Positions 55,912-64,000 of a DNA stretch of 64,000 nucleotides are shown in pieces. The notes below the pieces were generated by a model. The model was not told the origin of the DNA and searched no databases. It saw only the letters and a list, made by a program, of their open reading frames with translations. Positions within the stretch are counted from its first letter, which is position 1; each line of letters opens with the position of its first letter. This DNA comes from Macrostomum lignano (lineage: Eukaryota), in assembly GCA_002269645.1 (NCBI GenBank), contig NIVC01000013.1, positions 620,001-684,000 on the forward strand. Reading direction: 5' to 3'. Both the position numbers and the translations under genes were made by a program.

Positions 55912-58900
55912 CAGGTCTGAGAGGCTGGTGGTCAGCCTAACCCTGGGGTGGGATTCCCCTGTTTCTTTCCTGACGCCTCATGGCATCCCAGAGGACATTG
56001 AGGACGTGGGTTCGGCCCAGAGCCCGAGGGGCTTCCGGCTCAATATGGAAGCTGTGGAGCTTGGCTGCCCTCATCTTGAGCAGCCAAGCCACCCCCAGCT
56101 GCTTGACCCTGTCTGCGAGCATCGGCATACCTGCCAGCTTGTGCAGATATTCGATGCTGATGTAGGATGGCACACCATATCAGATACGGAGAGCCAGGTT
56201 TTGAAGTTTTTGCAATTTTATTTGATTAGTCGCACAAATTTGGCTCAGCATAGGCGCTCCATAGGTGAGAGCGCTTTCTACGTATGCCCTGTACAGCATT
56301 CTGTGGGTGGTGCTACTCAGCTTTGTCATTTTTGCAATTCTGCATAGCGACATAACAATGGCTCTGCTGGTATCTGCCATGTCCACATGTTTGTTCAAAC
56401 AGAGGCTTTGGTCAAGGAGGACACCAAGGAATTTCACCTCCTGACAGTACGGAACCTCAGTGTCCCCCAGATATAGTTTGGGTCGCAAGTCCATGCGCCT
56501 AGTAGGCTTGTAGTTGAAAGCGATTGCTTTACTTTTCCCGGAATTCAGTTATCTAATGCCCTGTTTACCGCACCAGTCAAAGACTCGTCTGAGGTAGCTT
56601 TGAAGGGATGTTCGGAGCCCCGCAAAGGTGTCTGCTGAGGCCCAGACAGCCATGTCGTCTGCGAATTGACTGCGTTTGACGCTTGGGATGTTGGGAGTCG
56701 GCATTGAGCTGATGAAGAGGAGATACAGAAGAGGGCTCAGAATGCCTCCCTGAGGGACGCCAGCCGGGGTGGTGTGGGGATCGCTCAGGGCCCCCTCGAT
56801 TCGAACCTGGATTTGTCTGTCTCGCAGGTAGTCTGACAGGATTCGCATGAGCATAGGTGGAAAACCATCAGTGAGCATGCTATGCCTGATCTTGTCGTGC
56901 CAGGTAGAGTCAAAAGCTGCCACTGCATCCAGGAAGACTGCAGCGGACTTTTTAGCTTTGCCCTTTGCTACCATGGCATCTTGTGCCAGGCGGCACAGGC
57001 TGTCATACGTGGAGTGAATTTTGCGGTAGGCGCATTGGTCATCTCCTAGGGTCTTATTGTTCTCAAGGTGCTTAGTAAGTCTTTTTGCTATTAGCTTCTC
57101 AAACACTTTGCCCAGACATTAGGTCAGGCTGATTGGTCTGTAGGAGTTGGGGTGTTCGAGCGGTTTGTCCGGCTTGGGGATCATCGTCACCACAGCTTTC
57201 TTCCAGGCGCTAGGGAAAATCCCCCAACCGTAGCAGGCGTTAAAGAGATTAGTGAGTCTCGTTATTGCCACCCCCCTCTAAGCCCAGCTTGAGGACGCAG
57301 TTGGGAATCTTGTCTAGGCCGGGTGCACCATCGGGCCTGAGGTGCTCCAGTTCCCACAACTGTGTCTGCCACAGAGAATGCAGCATCAAGTGGGTGGGTC
57401 TCAATGGGTTCGATTCCCTCAGGAACGGGATTGAATGAGGTGAGCTGTGCAACATCGGCCACCTCACGTTTAAGCCGGTCGCATGTGGAGGGGACTGGGC
57501 GCATCTTCGAGTCCAGAGTCTCGGCTAGAAGGTTAGCCTTCTCCAGATCCGTGTGCGCAGTTGTTTGACCCAGAGTGAGGCTGGGGATGGAGTTTGGCTT
57601 AAATTTGCCCATCAGCTTTTTAGTGTCGTGCCAGAAATTCTTCACTTTCTTATTTTTGCTATTCTCAACAATACTCTCACAGATTTTGGTTAGCTTTCCA
57701 TTCTGGAAGGCGCTAATTTCTCTCTTTATGCGATTTGCGAGCTGGTTTGCTTAGTTTTTGAAATTTTGATCCCGTGTGCTGAAGAAGAGGCGCCTGAGTC
57801 GTCTGCGCTCTTTGATCAGGTCGAGGATGTACTTGGGTAGGGCATTTTTGGCACCAAAGTTTGGCACTGTAGAGTCAATCACGGTGTGAATGGCCTTTGT
57901 GATGTGATCCACTTCGGCATTAATTTGAGCAGCATTTGATAACTGAGCTCAAAGCTTCACTGATTTTGAGCCAAAACTCGTCCCAGTTTGTTTTTGAAAA
58001 GTTTTTGGGTCTGGGGGGACCAGCCCATTTCTTAGACCGAATGTTGAGCGTGAGGATTATAGGTAAGTGGTCACTGCCCAGGTCAGGACCCACCTCAAAG
58101 TCCTGCACAAATGGGAGAAAGTCCTCAGTGGCCAGGGCGAGGTCCAAGACATTCCTAGAAATCAGCCCGTTTTTGGTGGCCAGTCTGGTGAACTGACCGG
58201 CCTTATTGAGAATGGTGGGCGAGGTGGGGCCCTCAGACAGCCAGTCGTGCAGCTGGTTGCCAGCCATGTTGTTGCTGCTGTCACCCCCGAGGAAGCGGTG
58301 TCTGGCGTTGAGGTCACTCATGAGCACACTGCGCCTACGGGAGAAAATATTTTTGAGTAGGTTCAGGTTCAGGTGGTACGGTGCTGGAGACCAGTACACC
58401 AGAGCGAGATTGAAGTCAGGACCAGAGTTGTCAGACAAGCTGACAGTGCAGGAGATGGCTTCATGGTTGACATTGTCGTATTGCAAGCGCACATTTGTGA
58501 GTTTGACGCGAGGAGAGTGAGCAAGGAGCAGCCCGCGTTTGACATGCGGGGTATCATACCGAATGATAGAGTACCCGGGAATCTGGACAGTGTGACGACT
58601 TTTGAGAATGGTCTCAGAGAAGAGGGCAATGTCTAGCTCTTGACTGACGACCCACTGTGTCAGCTCTCTAATTTTCGGGTTGAATCCCCTGCAGTTTAAA
58701 TGCATAATCTTCAGGGCTGTAGTTTGATTGTTTGAGTCTACAGTTAACTCACTGAAGTTTCAATTCAAGTCTTGAGTTTAGCTGCCTGAGACTAGGACTC
58801 AGTGGTCGCGCCAGCCATGCTCGGCACTTCCTGGAGTGCAGCCCGCACAATGTCCTCAACCATTTTACTGGTTGATTCCACAGTGAGGACCTCCCCAGGC

Positions 58901-59155
58901 GGTCGGGACAGGGCCTGCACAACCACTTAAGTCAGGGAGCGGGTGATCAGGGGCAACAACATGCTCACCACCGACAGAAAGTCAGCTGACGGAGCAGTCG
59001 CATTGGCATCAGCGCTGGCAGCTGCTGCTGACTCGGTCTCGGCCGCCGGAGCGCTCTTGGCATCATCAGTCACGATGACAAGCGGCCGGATCGCGGCGGG
59101 TACCGGCACTGTGCGTCTGCCTCGGCGGATCAGCCAGCCGCTGTCGGAGTCGTCA
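55912..59155 (-). mobile_element. LINE copy C: ORF1 C-terminus, near-complete but decayed ORF2 (EN plus RT), 3' UTR
   Basis: MHLNCRG...SET...GSDHLP; FLDAVAAFDS; GVPQGGILSPLLY; QFADD; VKFLGVLLD. Cut at 59156 by an EnSpm end. Confidence 0.93.
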
Positions 59156-61070
59156 CCCAGCGGGAAAGGCACCGCTGGAACAACGTTGTGTTCCAACGGC
59201 GGACCAACGGTTACAAATGTCCAGCGCAAAACCGTTGGAACAACGGTGGCAATACAACGGTTATACAACGCTATACCAACGCCAAACCAACGCCTGTGTG
59301 GCCAATTGTGGGTGACTTTTTAAATGTACGTACTTTTTAGCTTATACCCGCAGCCTTTCGATCATCCATCCGAATGATATTTATCGCAAATATCTCCTGA
59401 AATTTCACAATTTGAAACAGTGCCATTCTCTTAAGCTAGGGATCAAATGCGTATCCCAATGTCCAATGCAAAAAAATTGTATAAAAATATGACGAGTACA
59501 TTCAATGAAGATACTGCAAGTTTTTTTTAAATAGGCTGTTAGATGGTTTTTAATTAAGTTTAATTAAGCGTTCTGATTTCATATGTAATAAAGTTATTAG
59601 TAAAATTGTATATAAGCTGGTAATAGCAAAATTTTTAGTATGAAATTGAACGGCTATACTATGTTAATAAGTGACAACGGTGGCTTTAATCAGTGATATA
59701 ATATGTTCAATTGCTGTCGCTGTCATTATCGCTACTGCCGTTGCTTACAGATTCGACGCTACCACCACCAGGTCGACTTCGCTTGAAGCCCGACGCTGAC
59801 GCACGACTTTGCCAAGTGATCGCCTTTTGTCTTTACCAGCCTTCAGAGCTGCGACTACGGCCTTCTCCACCTCGCTCTCCCCCGGTTGGAGCTCACTGAT
59901 TGATTTTTATATAAGCTTTTTATTAAAATTCAACTCCTGCACTGATAGCTTGGCAGCGGTATATACAACAGCAAACAGCTTACTTTGAATGATAGGAAGA
60001 AAGGTGGCACGAAAGGCCAACTGTCTATCAGAAAGAGCGGAGCCCGATAGTCTCTGCAGTCCTTGGCCATTGTAGTTGATCAGGGCCAGCATTTTGGTGG
60101 AGAGAATTTTACGCACCATTCTGCGTACAGTGTCCCATGTGGTAGACGACTTGCACAGACGAAGATGTGGCTTCTGTAGAAATAAATTAAGAAGGTACAG
60201 CGACAGGCAAGCAGAGCATTTCCTAGATGGTGAAAATCAGCATGGGAAACAAAAACCTAGAAATCGTATGCATTTCATTCTAAGGACTTTCTGCCTATCC
60301 AGAAGCAATTATACACTATTTATACAAAATTCTACGCTTGCAAATGGTAGGTAAGAAGTCAGAGTTTACGAAAAACTCACCAGATCATTGGCCAATTCCG
60401 GATTATTTACATAGTCAATATAATCCTCCCAGGAATCAAGTGGCAATTTAGAATCCGAAGCCACTATTCCGTCTCTAAAGTCATCGCCATTGCAAGCTTG
60501 AATCAGACCCTTCAGCTCGTTACGGCAGCAATGCACATGCTTGTCCGACGAAGATTGTACAGTCCAAGCAGGCACAGTCCTTCAGACAAATTAAGATCAA
60601 CACCCAGCTTTGCCTCCATCTTGGACCGTAGGGTGGTGAGGCTGCTTGCACCGAAATTTAAAGACGTTAAATCCGCAAGATCAGGGCATGATTGTTGCGT
60701 AATCAATTGCCCTCGATTCGTAGTCCTGCATTGGATAGCCGAACGCTGTTGTGATCACCAGAATGGTGTCGTGGTGTGGCTGATGATCCAGGTGACTCAG
60801 CCACCAGTTCAATGCTTTATTGGAACGATCTCTGCTGTGATGCACCTGAAAGATGTGGCGTGGCTGCAGCCGTCAGTTGATGGCTTTGAAGGCGCTGCTC
60901 TGCAGACCGTGGAGCCTGTGACAATGCTGAAACGGATTCAGAAGCCAACATTGATGGTGGGAGTGGTAGGAGTTCTGATGATGGTTCAGTTGTATCCAGT
61001 GAAGCCATAGAAGGCGATTCGCCGCCGAGGGGCTGGGTCGAAGCACAGATTGGTTGATCCATGTTATTGT
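59156..61070 (-). mobile_element. Fragment of another EnSpm/CMC element: CCCAGC terminus with CAACG repeats and a spliced DUF4806/BEN-like accessory gene
   Basis: CCCAGC at 59156 followed by many CAACG(G) repeats. Exons TVRRMVRKILSTKMLALINYNG...LAFRATFL and EVEKAVVAALKAGKDKRR with GTAAG/GTGAG donors. Confidence 0.6.
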
Positions 61071-61288
61071 TATTATCTTTTAGTTTCGGTATTACCCCCC
61101 TGCAATTTAGGTGGCCGATCTTAAGCCCTGTGGCAGTGGGGATAGAGCTATCATGCCCGTTATTACCGAACGTATCTTAAATACTCACATTTTAGGTCTG
61201 GCCATCCGCCTGTCGCCGGGGGGCGCCAAGCAGCTGACCAAGGCCTTGGTGACTATCCGACCCGCCTTCGAGGACCCGGGCCAGAACC

Positions 61289-63941
61289 CTACCAACTACG
61301 TCTTGCACCGTTTGACGGACGGGTGCCTTCAGTAGTAGGCGGCAGTTCGGCTGGGCTCTGCCAGAGGGTCGTCAGCACCTCAACGAGTGCCTGGACCAGG
61401 AGAGGAAAAAACCCACTCACCAGTCCTTGAAATTGAGGATCTCCGCTAGCAATTGGCGGCGTGTCATTATTTGAAGTCATATTCGGCGCAGATGTTTGTG
61501 TTGTCGAGTCGGTCGATTCGCGCACAGGGCGCTTTCGGCTAGGGAGGCTGGGGCCTGTCGCCATTGGCGCCCGTGCTGCGGCGTCGACCGACCTCGATGT
61601 TGCTGCCGGTGCTGGTCTCAGTGCGGGGGCGGGGGGCGCCGCTGCTGCCGCTGCCGATGATGGTGCTGCTGCCGCAACTGCCGCACTAGGTGGTGGAGCG
61701 GTCGACTGGCCAGTAGCAGCCGTTGCTTGGTGGGCGCCCGCTGCATAAGCAGCCGCACGCCTTTGGGCCGCGCTGTGGCATTCAATCGCCACCTGGCAGC
61801 TGGGGTAGTTGGCACGGTGCGGCTCATTGCAATTTGCACATTGTACCGCCTCTTGGTTGCTACAGTCACGCCAATGGTGTTCAGCCGCGCAGATCCTGCA
61901 GCGCTTGGCCGCCTTGCACCGCTGGGCGTGGTGGCCGAACCGCTGGCAGTTTTGACACTGCGGTGCGCGTGCAGGAGTAGCGGTTTTATTCGGCTCACAT
62001 TGGTAGGTCGTGAAGTCTGTTATTTTACACGTAGCGAGACAGGCATCAACAGTTTGTTTGTTGTGAACAAACACTCGCACAAGGTGAGTGGGCTCATTGT
62101 TGCGTTTGGCGATTATGCGGCTGACAGAGATTACTCTCAAACCTGCGTTCTCCTGCAGATGCCGCTTAAAGTCACCGGCCTCGACCTCCGGTGGTACGCC
62201 GCGCACCACAAAGGAGTGGACCGCCTGGGTCACCGGTCGCTGCTGCACGGTAGGTCTAGGTCGTAGGTCGGGTCGAGCTCTCGGAAGCCGCCTCGTCACC
62301 GGCCCCCCGACAAACTGGGGCTCACGCAGGGGCCCACGCAAGAAAATTTGGTGGTCCTGCGGAGTGGCCGGGAAGACAAAGAAGCCGTCTTCCTGCGAGA
62401 GCTTCCTGGTAAGTGTGGCCCGGGCCGACCCTTGAAAGTTGGCCGCGAGCCACCTGAGAAAGTCAATTTGGCTTGCCTCAGCCACAATGTTGAATACTAT
62501 CGGTACCACATTATTGTTGCCCCTGTTATTATTAGGCCGTGGTCCTTCCGCTCTTGGAGCTGCCGCCGTGGCAGCATAGGAACGGCGATAGCCGCCCCGC
62601 CGCGCACCGACATTTCCGCCGTCGTTGCGCTGGGCTAGAGGGCCGCCGGGACCGCAGGGCCGGACGCGCCGGCCGCCCCGCGATCTGGCTGCCCAGTTCC
62701 CGCTGCTGTCCGGGGGCCCGGCGCAGCCAGGCTGGTGCACGCCCCGCCACCGCCAGGCCCTTCCCCGTCGTGTGCAGCTGCTGTTTGGGTTGTGCCTCCG
62801 CGTCCCGACGTGGCACTGCCAGGTGGGTGGGTTACTCGAAACGTGAGCGAGATACGAACCCCTTCCTGCATGCGCACCGCCGGGACGCTGTGCTGGCATC
62901 TGCGCTGACACCCGCCTGCCATGACAATGACTGAGCCTGGCTCGGTTTTGAAGCGCCCTATGATTCGATGGTCACTATTACGCCGGACAAGGAAGCTCCG
63001 CACCGCCCCAAGCGACACTGTGGCAATATACGGGTCAGTGCCTAGCTCGGGCTCGTTGTCTGCGTAATACGGTATCATGTCGTCGGCTGTTTCATAAAAA
63101 TTGATAAGGCACGAGTTGAATTTCGGCATGCCGAGGTCAGCGTTGATTTCCAGGAAATCCCGCAGGTCCTCGACAGCCGGGTGCCATGCTTGATTAGGTT
63201 CTAACGGTACACCGGAATAGGAGTAGTTTGGGCCATACCATACTACTCTGCGCTGCTCTTGCGGCCGGTGCCTAATAGCTTTCGGCAGTCGGCGATGAGG
63301 CAGTCGTAGAGCTGCTGGGAGACCGATTCAAGTAGTTTTGGGTAGTACTCTAGTACAACGTCGCCATGATGCTGAATATTCTCCCCGGATCGGTCTGGGT
63401 GAACTGGGAAGCCGATGGGATTATGAAGATAGTTTGCTGAATCCGCATTGACCTCGCTGTCCGCAACGTCATTACTATTTGATGTGTCGGATACTTCAGA
63501 TGCCGCAGCTGACTCGGGATCAGGGGCCACAGTACCTGGGTCATCAGCAACCTGGCCGGGTTCCTCTAGTACTGTATCAGAGCCACTTGATGTTGAGGCA
63601 TCCGAGTCGGCTGGGATCTTAACGATCTCAGATTGAACATTGACCGCCGGGTTTGCTAGCACCGGCGAATCGGGAGCCGATGAATGGTCAGACCCAGGTG
63701 TAAGCGTGCTCGGTGCAAGGGGCGGTGTCGTCTTGCTGGACGGGCCAACGGAGGAGCGCCGCCTTTGGGCCGGAGGCACAGATACTCGGCTCATCGTGCC
63801 TCTACTAATTGCTACAACCGAAGAAGATGCACCGGCAGTATTGCTGTTTGACGACCAGTCCGAGGACTGGCGGTTGTTCGCTCTCTTACTCGGCGGCTCA
63901 ACTGCGCCAGCCGATTTTTGGTAGGTTGGTAGTTTAGACAT
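61289..63941 (-). pseudogene. LINE copy D ORF1: low-complexity N-terminus, AlkB, linker, RRM, three CCHC knuckles; two frameshifts; ORF2 missing
   Basis: ORFs 63243-63941, 62635-63129 and 61289-62911 join by single frameshifts. RRVVWYGPNYSYSG...NSCLINFY...HSVP...RISLTFR; QCQNCQRFGH. Confidence 0.9.
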
Positions 63942-64000
63942 GCCTAATAAGATAAATATTAAAACTTATTTTTTGGTGTAACCTATGGGGCAAAAAGCAA

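Noticed and set aside
55860-55915. Possible hammerhead ribozyme (CTGAAGAG and CGAAAC)
   Set aside because: The two core motifs lie on opposite strands, so the hammerhead core cannot form.
60366-60706. OTU-like hints (EGLCL; SWEDYIDY)
   Set aside because: The motifs are in different frames and no His motif is visible; too weak to call.

Overview
Eukaryotic, probably invertebrate animal, genomic DNA (GT-AG introns, standard code) made almost entirely of nested mobile elements. I recognise no ordinary host gene. Left to right: (1) a P-element transposase split in frame by a 2.4-kb non-autonomous element (15-bp TIR, 8-bp TSD); (2) a decayed Polinton remnant (~5.9-10.5 kb); (3) a CMC/EnSpm-type transposase interrupted by a complete 18,330-bp Polinton/adintovirus (14335-32664; AGTAGT...ACTACT ends, ~305-bp TIRs, CAGGAT TSD); (4) a second EnSpm-type element with an intact 765-aa transposase and a spliced BEN-like gene; (5) a mariner fragment; (6) a MULE-SWIM transposase followed by a USP-type deubiquitinase; (7) four same-strand Jockey/I-like LINE copies. 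The Polinton encodes pPolB with a vOTU motif, MCP, penton, ATPase, adenain, a PLA2-integrase fusion, a lectin-tipped fibre and an Eco47II/Sau96I-like nuclease. Two observations stand out. First, the Polinton carries an intact GGNCC-family restriction-endonuclease-like gene with no methyltransferase, and my manual scan found no GGNCC site in its 18.3 kb (about 10 expected). Second, three LINE copies carry an AlkB/ALKBH2-3-like dioxygenase domain within or ahead of ORF1. All family assignments come from motif recognition by eye; no database searches were run.
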